64,000 nt of DNA from Octopus vulgaris. Lineage: Eukaryota. The stretch covers positions 52,018,001 through 52,082,000 of the forward strand of contig OX597820.1 of NCBI GenBank assembly GCA_951406725.2. Reading direction: 5' to 3'. Of the stretch, positions 1 to 13,132 are shown piece by piece. The notes under the pieces were generated by a model that had not been told where the DNA came from, ran no database searches, and saw only the letters and a list, made by a program, of their open reading frames with translations. How positions within the stretch are numbered: position 1 is the stretch's first letter; every line of letters starts with the position of its first letter. The position numbers were made by a program, and so were the translations under genes.

Positions 1-1339
1 GTGTGAGAGAGAGAGAGAGAGAGAGAGAGATACATACATAAGTGTGCCCGTGTGCGAGTGCGTACTTGCGTTATATCGACATACATTTATAATATTAACT
101 TTATATATACCTGGTGATATTGCATTTTTAAGACCTTGTTACAATCAAAAACTAAAATTGTGAACATTAAATAAAAAAGAAAAACGTATTGAAACGCTGC
201 AAATAGCGACATACGTAAAATTTAAAACGTTATAAGTGAAATAAATAAATTGGGAATAACTCTAAAGTATTTAATAGCTTTTGCATTTTTTGCAATAAGT
301 GCATGATATAAAACAAGGAAAAGCAAAATGGAATTGGTTGTAATAAAAAGGCTCAATGGTGGTTGGATTTATACGCTAGCAATTGTTATTTGGTCACATG
401 CTTTAGTGTTTGTAATAATTTAGCGAAGGAACGTTTGTGATAGCATCAATTAGTGGCTAAAGTTGCAAAGCTCAGCTGAATGCTGGATGTATTAAAACAT
501 TTAAGATATCGGTGTAAAGAAGCTCATTAATGGGTATAGTAAAACAATGCAATAATGATTGCCATGAAACTACGAACGAATGATAATGGCACAGATAATT
601 ACTGTTTGTAATGATATTTCGATCGTGTCTATAAAGACATTGCAGTGTCGATTGCAATGAAATAGTATGGCCATGGTTGTAATTACAGCGATATTTGATA
701 GTTATTTTTTTTTCTCAATGATTGAGCTAAATCTTGGTTGTAATGAAACATTTCACAGATGATCGTACATAATGTTATTCCTTGTAATATTACAACATTA
801 TGGGAATCAAATGTAATATCATATTACTGATGGTAATGACTAAATTGTTTTGTGAATTCTTTAATGATCCTCCAGTGCTAGTTGTATTGCAGCAGGCACA
901 CGGTAGTTACAAAAACAGAACCCTGTGATATGTTAATAAAAGATCATCTCAAGTGAAAGAAAAAGTATTCACTCTCCTTTCCATTTACTCTGTCGTAACT
1001 AAGACAATTTGATTCGTGAGTAATCAAGTCCCTAGTTAATCTGGTCTCTAATAGAATCGAACATATTGTGTCTTCCACAAGTTCATATGCACTCAGTTTG
1101 GTTCATGATTTTTATACTCACCATTCGCTAATGTAAGCTTTTTTTCTTAATCTTCTCATTGTTTTGATTGCTGTTGTCTTTTGGCTGAACAAAAACGGTT
1201 GCACAGATTTGAGGAGAATGATTAAGTTACATGTAAAAGCAATTTCAAGAAAAAAGCAGGAATTAAATGCAACAAATATACACTGGAAATATGAAACCAT
1301 CAGAGTTATGGTGTCATTAATCACTTTACTCTTATGATT

Positions 1340-1629
1340 CAATTGCAGCGTGGAAGATGTTTGTAAACCATTTAAGAAACACACAAAAGCCATTCGATTC
1401 ACTTCAACATTTAAGTTTAATCTGTCAAAAGATGCAGCACGGATTTTTGTCAGTGAACAGGTCGCGGTCTTAAAGCGACGAAAATATTTTGACAGATTAA
1501 ACTGAAATGTTGAAGTGAATCGAACGGCTTTTGTGTGTTTCTTAAATGGCTTTCAAACACCTTCCACGCTGCAATTGTTTTCGTTTCAGCACACGATTGC
1601 AGATCAAATCACTTGCTATGCAGGTACAC
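1340..1629 (+). mobile_element. Penelope-like pseudo-LTR fragment with ~91-bp inverted 5' copy (arms 1340-1430 / 1487-1577)
   Basis: Near-perfect inverted arms (caattgcagcgtggaag...tctgtcaaaa / ttttgacag...cttccacgctgcaattg). A hammerhead fold occupies the spacer and the start of the right arm. An 11-bp direct repeat cttatgattca lies at 1331-1341 and 1630-1640. Confidence 0.7.
1446..1496 (+). ncRNA. Minimal type-I hammerhead ribozyme, G3-C8 core variant
   Basis: tttgtca-GTGAACA-g-gtcgc(ggtcttaaa)gcgac-GAAA-atat-TT-tgacaga: stem I 7 bp, stem II 5 bp, palindromic stem III AATATT, predicted cut after 1489. Confidence 0.75.
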
Positions 1630-1959
1630 CTTATGATTCACTTTATTATTTAGTATGCACTGCGCCTATATGTGTGTGCATGAGCACATGTATTTGTGTT
1701 TGTGTGTGCATATACATGTATATATAGCATATGTATGTTTACGCATATATTTACACAAATAAATATACAAACAGGCAAACATAAATACCAACATACATAC
1801 ATACCAAAATACATACATAAATATATGCATGTATCCTAATATACGTACATACATGCATACATACCTATATGCATACATACATACTTGTACGAATACAATA
1901 AGTGCATACTGTTCAACATTATTCGGTTTTCTCTGAAATTCGAAACTACAGGTTGAATG

Positions 1960-2260
1960 CAGGTTCAAAATTGAAACTTCTAACTTTAATATGCTTTTTA
2001 CGCTGCATCAATTTTGAGGGCCCCAGTGCAGACCTCCAACGTGAAGTGTCTAAGACACATGTCACAGCCACATTTACCATCAAATGGTGGTAAAGTTGGC
2101 TGAGGTAAATGACCACCATGGTAAATGACAACCACGGAGATTCTCCTTCAGTTCAGGGAACAACCAACTGTCACATCGAGAAAGGGATAGACCGTAAAGA
2201 GGTTGAGTGAGAGTTTTGATGCCCATCTCTGTCAATTGGATAACTACCATGGAAACACGC
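1960..2260 (-). mobile_element. Decayed mariner transposase C-terminal fragment
   Basis: LTEMGIKTLTQPLYGLSLSRCDSWLFPELKENLRG matches the mariner HPPYSPDLAPCDFWLFPKLK motif. Confidence 0.75.
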
Positions 2261-5200
2261 ACCTTAGGGACAGGGTTTGCACAAATTTTGCATTTGTTCA
2301 TATCTTAGTGAATAATTCGTAATGTTCTGATGTTTCCTTCTCCCATAATCCTTTTCGGCTCTACCGCTCTTAAATCTTTTGTGGCAGCGAAGAAATTAAT
2401 CCAGACGGAGCATTTCACAAGTTTTGTCGTGGTTTTGCCTAATATATCACAGTTCATTATTATTTTGTGAGCTTCTAAACGTCTTGTTCATTCTGCAATC
2501 TAGTCAGTTATGGGAAGCAATGTTTAGCAAGTCGCAGTCAAAGTGCTGTTTCAACCATCTCTTTCAACCTGGAATAACAATTTTCTAGGACAGTTATAAC
2601 TGCCTCTACTAAAAAGGAGTCTCTAAACTTCTGAAATGAATCTCGAATCTTCTGTCAACGTTCGTATTTTTGCTTTCCTTTAATATGTTTCACCTCTGAT
2701 AATTGGCTTGTTTGCTTTGACTTTTAGTCAGTATTATATAATGCCATCGTAAAGTAAATTGCTGTGGTAAATTATTTTGAAATTCTTGCCATATTTTTGT
2801 ATTGCTACTCTTGTGAATTTTTCTTTTGTAATGTATGATAATTTTTTATTGCTATTCGTTTGTAAGAATTTGATTAGAAGGTATGGTGAAACAACAAAAT
2901 CTGTAAAGGTTTAATACCATCATAAATAACACGGTAATGAAAAGCAACAGATATTAAACGAAATATTAGTTGTACAGTGTTCATATATTTCATTAGATGT
3001 TATTCCCAATGAAATATTGAAGTTAGTCGTTTCATTACTAAAACAGCATACAGGAACGACTAACATATTACGGTTTTGGTGGCGGATTTTAATGATGTAA
3101 TTCAAACAATATCAAAAGGATCGATGCTGGTAAATACAATGATTACGTTAAATTGTATTCGCTACAATTTTTAAAACTGATGCATTATTCAGATGATTAC
3201 ATACCTTAATTTGAATGAACTGCCAAAAAACAACTGTCTAGTTTGCTACTTTCTAATAGTGGATAGTCTCTAGCATCTCCAATCTTACGGTACATTTACT
3301 TGGCTGTATATGATATACAGCCAAGTCTTGCTATAGTACACACTTTAAAATATTCTATAATTTACGAGCAGAGAATGAAGTTAAAAAAATTTTCAGTTGA
3401 GTATACGGTTCCGATCAACCCACACATTTTATATCTTACACTGCTGGTGTTTGTTTGGCATTAGCTAATCTATAAACTTTTTGCTTCTCGTACACTTCTA
3501 CCTTCCTAAATAATTCAGATTACTCAGGCAAGTAGCGGATAGGTTTTTCTGTTTTAGGTACTGAAGAGGGCAGAAATTGAAAATTTTAAAAACAAGTCTA
3601 CCTCAGTAAGAATTCCACAAGAAACACTATGCGAGATGTAGAAACACGTTGTGAATGCATACATCATTCCCTGAACTATAATTATCTGACTGCATTTATC
3701 TTTTTGGTTTAGAAAGACCAAATGTAAGGTTTCTTAGGTAGGAGCCCATCAAATGCAAATATCCTATTTTCGGTGAATCTAGAGTTACCATACGATGACC
3801 GTAATTACTCGTCCTCGAACAATTTCGTAATATTTTGCAGTTACATCTAGGTACGAGTTAAAATGTCATTTCTTAAAAAATTGCTAGATAGTGAGCAAGT
3901 AATTCCATCAAGTATCAGACATATGACTCTATAATTTTTTGCTTGGGTGCAAATGCCATCCTGGATAAAACCCACAGAAATATTAGTCGCCAGGTGATTA
4001 GAATTTCAGACAACCACAGAGATACACCAGTACAGAGCAACCGCTGAAACATCATCCCTTTATTATACAGAGATGCGGTTAAAAGAATGAGAATCAATCT
4101 CCTGATGGAAATTGATGCTACGTATAAATGAAGGTCTACATTAAACCTTTTCTTATGACATAAATGGTTTTATTAAAATATTGAATAGACATTAGCGTTA
4201 TAATGCCCAACGAAAATTCCCTATAAAACTAAAAATCCCAAATATCTGAATTAACATTTGTATAATTTTAAAAATATGCTTCAAAGTAAAGTATGTGCAA
4301 ATATATATACCTGTTTATTCAATGAAAAACATTATTTCATAAAATTCCATATTCACCAACGTTTAGGTATATCTTATTCTCTGCCCGTTATACCTCTTAT
4401 AACACGCTTAGTTATTATGTAGGAGATAAGAGCATGGTAATAACTTGCGAGTTAGTGTGCTGTAATCACATGTACATGTGTAAACAATAAACAAAACCTA
4501 TAGATACAAGAAGAAGAGACAGAGGAAATTGTAGTAGGAAAACAAACTTTTTACGCAAGCCGAAGATTTATATCAAAAACAGAAAGAAAAGAAAATTATT
4601 TGAAAGCTTACCGCTCACTTGGATATTGGAGACACTCTGCTCAAGGAAAACAACACCATTATTAAAGTATTATATCAGGCACATCATGTCAAAACTGAAA
4701 GGACATGTTATATTGTGCAATAAAGAGAAAATAGAGTAAAACAACAAAAGCACTATGAATGATAAATTTCTGGGATGCACTTGGTTCCTAATTCTCTACA
4801 GTCACAACCTGCCAGCGAAACCATTAACAATATAATGAAAAAATAAAAAATGCATGATTAAAGTGTTGGGCACAAAATATAAATTTTCTGTAAACGAGTT
4901 ATGGAACAACTAAAAATGTTGTGTGGAATTTGTGTTCGTGGATTATCAAAAACAACTTGAGGTAAGAAGACTGAAGCATACAGTTTCATGCACATATTTC
5001 TAAATACCATGTATCAATGCATAATACTGAATACAGACAAATCTGCACACAGATATATTTTATATGTAATATATACGCATTAAGGGCTTAACTTCATGTA
5101 TGTATGTTTGTATTTGTGTGTATGCGTTGATGCCTGTGTGTATTTTAGTGTGTACGTGAACGCGAGCGTCTTGTGAACACACACACACACACACACACAT

Positions 5201-5364
5201 ATTTTTCCGTGTGTAAGCGTAAATTCCAATACACAGAGAAACACATATTCACAACATAGACTCTCATATAATTCAAAACACTAGTAGGATTTACGGGATA
5301 CAAACATGTATGTATGTCTATAAATACTCGTATACACTATATGTATCTCTATGTTTGTTTGTGC

Positions 5365-5405
<41 letters not shown>

Positions 5406-6552
5406 AGTCTGTGTGTATGAGCGTGTGTTTGTATCGATACATGGATGCAATTGTGTTTTGTTTATTGTCATATAAATATGTAGCTTTCGGCAATATTTTT
5501 CCGATAAAGATTAATATAGAAAACATGATCTTTGAAGGTTTCCTCCCTACCATACATTCTTACGTAATTTTTCAGAAAGAGCTTGGTGGCTGATATTAGA
5601 TACACAATTGATGTAACGCTGACATATCTACACCAAGTTTCTCTTCAGGCTTACTGCTAGTCAGATTAAAAACTGAGTTATGTTTGGTTTATTCTGCTTT
5701 ATTAGAAAATATGAATGTTTTTTGTTTTGTTTGTCAGTACATCATAGCGTTCTGTGTGTTTATGGTGTTTCACTATGGATTAGGTTTGCATGAGAGCTCA
5801 CATAAAACGATGATGTTGTTGGATAAATCGGTAGTTATTTTATTAGTTAAAGACTGTACATACATTCTTCGAATACATTCAGAGTAACACAGACGCACTC
5901 ACAGACATACAGGTATATATGTCTCTGTGTGCGCGCACGCACGTGTATGACAACATGTGTACGTGTGTATGTGTATATACATGCATGCATGCATGCATAT
6001 CTATCTATCTATCTATATATATATTTAAAGAGTGAGAGGGGGAGAAACAGATTTATAAGGAAATATACGTGAGAATCGTCACCCTGCGCCGACCATCACA
6101 GCTTAAAAGGTATGGTTTATTCTGCCTCTCGACATATCAATTTATTCCATCCTAAAGTTCCACTAGGTTTATGGTAAATCAATAATGAAAGAGATCTATA
6201 AGTTTATCCGCTTCACCGCAACCATCTCACTAACCAAGACCTTCTCATAAAGCTGAAGAACTTTCTATCTTTAATGTGCAATTTATAATTTATATTTCGA
6301 AAATATTTAAAACATTATCTTTCCTAGATATAAATTCCATGAAACTAAAACATTATGTCAATCAAATGACAATTTGATGAATAGGAGGTGATAGCGTAGT
6401 GTATATTACTAACTGTCTTTCAAAATAGGACAATAAATGCGACACATACGAAGCCAGGTATGTTAAGATTTTGAAAAAATAATCCTTACATTTTCTATAG
6501 ATTTGTAAATTAATTGACTTAATTTTATAACAAAATAAACGCATATTATTTG

Positions 6553-7075
6553 TGAATTTTGTCACTTGTTTGATACCTGCACTAAACAACCAGTTTAACT
6601 GTGCTTTTTCAAAATCATCGATAACAATTATTTAGCTGAGATAATTTTACATCGTAATATTACGTAGTAACACTGTAGCAAAATAAGTGTAAACGCAATT
6701 AGATGCCCATATCACATCTCTGTAATTTATCCAGGCCTATATACAACGGTATACTCATTTCTGTACATTTCTAAAGCTCTCTTCAAAGTGGCATTACCCT
6801 AGCAAAAGACAAAAAGTATGATTTCATATTATGTTGTTTCCATGAAATTTGTCACTTGTTTGATAACCTGCTCTAAATAACCAATTCAGCTGTGTTTTGC
6901 CAAGATCATTGCTACCAATAAAGATATCTAAGATATTATTACATCGTACTATACCAGTGAAACAGTCCATGCAAATATACAGCGGTATACTTAGGTTTCT
7001 ACAATTCTAAAGTTATCTTGAAAATGACATTACCTTACCAAAAGTCAAAAACTATGATTTTATAATTCGTTGTCT
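6553..7075. repeat. Old tandem duplication (~290-bp unit, second copy internally shorter)
   Basis: tttgtcacttgtttgata and atatacarcggtatact...tctaaag...cattacc...aaaagwcaaaaastatgattt occur twice, at about 6553-6842 and 6843-7075. Confidence 0.75.
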
Positions 7076-9633
7076 TATTGAGAAATAGTAATACATGTTC
7101 TGTCTTCTTAAGTTGACATGTCTACCTTCAAGTTTACACGCAAAAGTACTTTATTCTTTGGAAGAATCGTTGACGGTGTGCCATATTATTTAATTTTCCT
7201 CAAATAGTAGCTGTATCTCAAGCATTGTTCCTTAGATTAGAATCTATGCATAACTGCTCTGCTATAACATCAACCACATTTTGAAATTCAGGCCTGTCAC
7301 ATGTATAGATGTAATATGCATGGACTGTTTTCAAGGATTTTCAAGGCGTCGTATCTGCTGATCAACTTCCTCTTTGAAAGAATTTTATCATGAATTATCA
7401 AACCCAAACTGATGTGATCTTATGCAATATTGAAATAGGTATTTTCTAAAAGACATTGATAGGTCTCGAACAACCGACTACGAGTTCTTTTTTTAACGTA
7501 ATCTTTCCACAGCTCACTATGTTTGGGAACTATATAGAGAGCACTATTAATTTTAACAATTTCTCATACAGAGAAACCACTTTCAAAAGACAAGTTAACA
7601 TTAAAATTGATAACTACTGTCATTGATTGTTACCACTAAGGTGACAGTAATAATTGTGGCTACTTCAACCATGCCGCGCCACAACCAACGAGGCCCATTT
7701 ATATCACATTCGGATGTTTGAACTAGTTTTCAATTAGTGCTAGATTGCAAATGATCCACAATAATGACGTTGCAATAATCTATAAAATAATGCGCATGAT
7801 TTGTATGCGTAAGTCCGAAGTTTTGCCACATTATCAGTTGAGTATAGATACACATGCATGCACATACACACGTATACATATTCACGCGCACGCACACAAG
7901 AACACATATGCAGAAACGAAACACACAGACGCTTCTTAATTTAGCATTAATATTTCTAAGCCACAAATGATTCTTCTATTTCGATGATATGTAGATATTA
8001 TTAAAACTTGGCATTATAGTAAATTGTTCAATTTTCTTAATTTTCTTCATTATATTATTCAGTTTTATTATGTCTTGTGATTGATGTTCAAATAATATAA
8101 AATTGTGTTTACACAGTTCGCTTTCGGTCAACATATATATTATTTGGGTGCATTTGTGCATTGCGCTCAACGATCTGAGGAATTTAGATATCCTTGTATG
8201 ATGGAATCTCGGAGTTATTATCTATTATATAAATGTAACACATAATTGTGTTGTTCCATTTGAATTTACGGTGAGTGTTATAACGTGATTGCATATAATG
8301 AGACGGAAGTCACAAATAAATTTCACTCTGTGAAATAGTAATCTGCTTTGCAAGAAAGATAAAAGCATCGAAGAATCTTACATTTGTGTGTGGTATGACT
8401 AATTTTGCTCTCTGGAACAAATGTGCCAACGCATTAAAATTAATAATTGACAATATACTAAACACAACAATGCCGTAATCTAGTGAAGATTGTGAATACT
8501 GAAGAAACATCTAAACCAATGGCATCACTGATGCTGCTACATTTACTTATTTATTGTAAGAAATTGGTATGCAGTCTAGGAGAGTTACTTTATAGTGAAA
8601 AGTAGAATAAAATTTATTTTATGTGATATTTAGTAAGAAAGTAATTTGCTGGCTTTCTCAAGCGACTTAAACTTCCTGACATTAAGTACCTGGTCGTTAA
8701 ATTATATATTTCCATTTCACACACGTTTTCATTTCACATGACTGAATCTATCTGCACATCAGTCTCTGAACTATGCCCCCACTGTCTCTATCCTATGTGT
8801 GGCTGATGTGTGTATTCATATTTGGATGCCCGTACAAGCAATTATATCCTATATGACTTTTGACAAAACCTTGTTTTTTTTTCAAATATCATGATAGCAA
8901 TTTAAATGTAAACAATCTAACACTGTTCTACAGCGAGGAAAAACGTAGATATAATGACAGCTGAAATATATATTTTATATTGAACTTTCTGTAAATGGAA
9001 TTCTTAATTTGTTTTTAATTGAAAATCTAATATACTCAAATGTTTTGTTCTGTCACTATAACTTCATTTTAATATCCACCTCATTTAACTTTTATACGCA
9101 TAGATTTCAAATTACAACTCTACTGTAGTTGATCATTCTAAATTACATGCACAAATGATGTCTCTTGAGAAATAATATTCTCTATTATTTTGTCTCTTAC
9201 TTTTATTTCTTTTTTACTTAATCATGTGTCTTGTTATCTTTCACAGAATTCACTACATGATTTCATTTGCTCGGGGATAAATTTCCAACTAATTCTATGA
9301 ATGAGAATCAGAATGCCCGAAATGATTACTGGTTCCTTGTCTTAAACCCTATATAATGCTAAATAATGACTAGTTTTATGGATCACAAATGGAATGGAAA
9401 TCTTTTTATTGCCCAAAACACACTGCTTTACTTGTGCTAAAAAATTATTGGAAATAAAACGATAAAGATTGATGAATCTCTCACAATTCTATAATAGGGA
9501 TTTCCAAAATGAGATTCTAGAATTGCCTTGCCATTTTTATCAGTTACTAACGGTTGAGTACATTTACTCCCCAAAGGTACATGTGTACCTGCTAAATACG
9601 CAGTACCTGATAGACACTCGTTATCACTTTCTG

Positions 9634-9664
<31 letters not shown>

Positions 9665-11433
9665 TTTTCTCTCCCTCGCTCTCTCTCATTCTCAATCGTC
9701 TATATTACTAAGGTTGCAAATGTATGTTTACACAGGTGTTTCTACGTAGTTAGCAAAGGCAAGTGGACCCCGATGTTTTCTATATAATACGAAGTGGAGT
9801 AACCTACTAACTGCTATTTTCTAACATACATAACATTTTATAGACTAGATTTCTAGTGACACAACAGTTGATGGGGCATATCCTGCTATATCAATTAATT
9901 AGGTTTAACAGAAAAGTTGTTATTTTGATAATTCTTTAACGCAAATAAATGATAGGTTCCGAAATACCTGAATTATAGCAGGCAACCTCTTTTATTTATT
10001 CTTTTTTTTTCTACAAAAGGATATTTGTTTCCTCTAATATTTAAGCGACTAGGTTAAGCATCAATAATTCACAGTGTTCTCTATTTGTAATGCCATTAAT
10101 GGATGAATATATGAGACTCAATTCCTGGTTACCCATACTGATGTTATACTGCGATTAGTATTTAAAATAACTATATATCGTGAGAAATCTGTAACGGGTT
10201 ACACAATCTACTTTCTACATGTCAGATTAACACGTTAATATGGATATTCACTACTCGATGAAAATCTGAAAGAAAATTCATTGCGAATTGCAAAAATCTA
10301 AAATATATTTTCTTTTCTGTACATTTTATGATATGCAACGTATTTGAACAAAAATGAAACTTACGTCTATATGGCCTCTGTCATCTGTGATACATGTTTC
10401 GTTCATAAACTGACTTGCATCACTTTTTCCCTGCGTGATAAGGAGCTCTAGTTTGTTATATGTAGCATCATAACAAAAAGCTGAATACTTCGTCCGATTT
10501 ATTCAAGAGAATAGTCTCCATGACGACCGAAACTCATCTGACTAGATAAAAATATATATTCCCGTTGATAGATTCGTTTCAGTTGAGTTTCAGAGAGAAG
10601 ATAAATCTCGTGATGACCTCCTCGCAAATTTCCTTCACAGTGTGAAAGTTTGATGAATTGGAGAAGATATAGAATATTAAAAGAAAAGGGAAAAAACACT
10701 AACTTAAGATTTTGCGGCTGCAGCAAAACGTCCTTAATATTTGTATGGTGATATGTTTTGTATGAACTTACGTCAAACTTGATGCAATCGCACTACGAGA
10801 GAATGAACATTAATGAAAGCTACTTAGATTTCAAGATTTGATGGAGCCATGCGTAAACCGAGGGTGGAAATACAGTACATATCTAATATATATTATCAGT
10901 ATGTTCTGATTTATCAAATTTATTATTTAAATTATATCTTACAATGGTTGTCTTCTTAGTTTAAAATATACTTTCATGAGTAGGACTTCATGCACTGTAA
11001 ACAGATTATGTCAGATGTTTTAAGCACCTTATGCATTGTCATGAAAGATGAGGTATGTAAACTATTCATGTGTTATTTATTGAATTTAATTTTAAAAATT
11101 ACCACGACCACCGTAAATCATAGGCAAGGCTACAAAAATGAAATATCCTTCCAGTGAGTGAAGTGATGCTATAAAATTATACTGATACTCCAACAGTCAT
11201 TGCAGGTTTGTACAGTATTCAGACACCGCATATAGATACATTCACAAATATATGTATATATGTATGCTGTGTACCCATATATGTTTCTATGCATGTACCT
11301 ATCTCCCCCTCTCTCTCTATGTGTATATATAAATGTATATATATATATAGAGAGAGAAAATAGTAAAATATATATTTGAGTCAATATGTCTGAAGAATAT
11401 TATAAATTTTTTTCTTACAATGACATAGTGTAG

Positions 11434-11473
11434 AAGAAATGACCGGTTTCGCGTTCAGCTTTTCAAATTTCTT
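11434..11473 (-). ncRNA. Minimal type-I hammerhead ribozyme, U3-A8 core variant, in the PLE 3' pLTR
   Basis: Minus strand aagaaat-TTGAAAA-gc(tgaac)gc-GAAA-ccgg-TC-atttctt: perfect 7-bp stem I, palindromic stem III ACCGGT, GUC triplet. Same strand as the PLE ORF. Confidence 0.85.
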
Positions 11474-11582
11474 ACATCGTTATGTTTATGTTGAGAAGAG
11501 TTATCGTTATGTTTATGTTGAGAAGAGTTCTAGATAAGGGGAGATAATAAGTGATTTCTTCCGGTGTAAGGGAGATAATCGC

Positions 11583-13132
11583 TTAAAATTGTTTGCCTTT
11601 CCTTTGGGGTGAATTTCTCTGTATAAGTATGTTGGAATGGTTAAGTCTGGGCTTGTACTTTTCAATGAAGAATGTTTCCTGGTTTAGTCTAATTTGTGTT
11701 GGTGTTCCGATAGCACATTGGTAAAATGGAAAGATTAAAAATTGTGGTAGTAGTTGCTTTGCGCATTTCTCAATGTGCTCACTAAAAGGTATCATTCTGT
11801 ATTCTGGGAATGCAATCTGTTGTCGATGCAGTGTGTATCTACGTCTGAGTGATAGTCCCGTGGATCCCACGTAGTCTTGGTGGCAGCCCGAGCATTTTAT
11901 GACATAAATTATGTTTTCAGAGGCACAAGTAAAATTAGATTTGATCTTGAATTTCTGTCCCTCTTTGAAGAGGAATTCTGATCCTTCTAGCAGGTTTGGA
12001 TATGTTGCACAGTTCGGTCTACCACAATTTTTTACTTTTGCATCCGTAATTTCAGAAAACAATTTTGCCTTTGTGAGAATCTTTTTAAGTGATTTAGGTT
12101 GTTTGTAGCTTTTAATGATTTGGTGTATGTTTAGAATTTCCTTTAATTTGGTGTCCTTATGAAGTATTGGTAAATTCTGGGTGATGATGGTGAAGGCTTC
12201 TTTGTTTCTGGGGTTGTATGTGGATATGTAAGGTAGTATTTTCGGGGAAGGTGTGTTGTTGTGTTGAACTTTTCTTAAAGTTTCTATGTTGATTTCGGTT
12301 GCACGTCTGATCCCATCCTCTATGAGTTGAGCTGGGTAATGTCTGTCAGTTAGGGTGTTTTTGAGTTCTTGCAGTCTAAAGTTCATGGTATTTTGTTCTG
12401 ACACTATTGTGCATATCCTTCTTGCAAGGTTGAAGGGGATGTTTGTTTTAGTGTGTCTTGGGTGGCATGAATTAAAAAGAAGGTATTGTTTGGCGTCTGT
12501 GGCTTTGTAAAAAATGTATGTTTCTATTTTAAGGTTAATTTTTTTAATTAGTATATCCAAGAATGGGATCTCCTTTTGGTTGTATTCCATTGTGAACTGT
12601 ATATTTGGGTTTATGCTGTTCAATAGGTTTTTTAATTTTAGGAGTTTATCTGTGTTTTCATTCCAGAGTATAAAACAATCGTCCAGGAATCGTTTCCAAT
12701 TCTCTTTTATGTATTGAGAGAGGGGTTTCCAAAGATTGATAAAGATTCCTGGTAAATGATTATTTCCAGGTAGCCCATTGTTAGGTTCGCAATGACTGGT
12801 GCTGCCCTTGTACCCATAGCAATTCCGGATTTTTGACGGTAAAATGTATTGTCAAACATGAAGTGGTTATTATGTAGGATGAATTCAATTGATTTAGCAA
12901 TGAATTCTTTACTGATCCTTTTTGGTATTTCTTCCGGAAATTGGTCCAGCCAGAACTTCATTGCCTCTAGTCCATAATTATGAGGTATACTGGTATATAA
13001 GTTAACTACATCAAATGAAACCATGATTGTTTCTTCCTTGGCTTTTTTTGGAAGGTGGTTTAACATATCTAAGTCATCTCTGATATGGCTATCGATATGT
13101 TTAAGGAAGGGTTTCAGGAGAATGGAAACCAA
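11583..13132 (-). pseudogene. PLE reverse transcriptase / GIY-YIG polyprotein, 5'-truncated, single frameshift near 12715
   Basis: RT motifs SFDVVNLYTSIP, YRQKSGIAMGTRAAPVIANLTMGYLE and WKRFLDDCFILW (12660-12700); thumb YLLFNSCHPRHTKTNIP; Cys linker CGRPNCAT; GIY-YIG NIIYVIKCSGCHQDYVGST...RRRYTLHR. Confidence 0.95.

Larger units (their letters stand above)
11380..13132 (-). mobile_element. 5'-truncated Penelope-like retroelement (RT + GIY-YIG endonuclease + 3' pLTR)
   Basis: PLE ORF followed by a 3' region with a hammerhead and a 27-bp tandem duplication (atcgttatgtttatgttgagaagagtt x2). It ends beside a (TA)n tract. Confidence 0.95.

Noticed and set aside
1340-1577. MITE with 91-bp TIRs
   Set aside because: The element extends asymmetrically past the right arm and contains a hammerhead, so a PLE pLTR inversion fits better.
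2300-2900. Possible transposase relics here, at 400-1300 and at 43180-44000
   Set aside because: The texture is coding-like, but I could not identify a diagnostic motif by eye.
3561-3655. CTGAAGA...GAAACACG possible hammerhead
   Set aside because: Stem II does not close next to GAAA and stem I cannot be formed convincingly.
5637-5648. Minus-strand CTGAAGA-GAAAC hammerhead-like core
   Set aside because: No stem II and no convincing stem I or III.
11583-13132. Selenocysteine (UGA) recoding as reported for some Naiad PLEs
   Set aside because: No in-frame TGA in the visible coding region; the only break is a frameshift.
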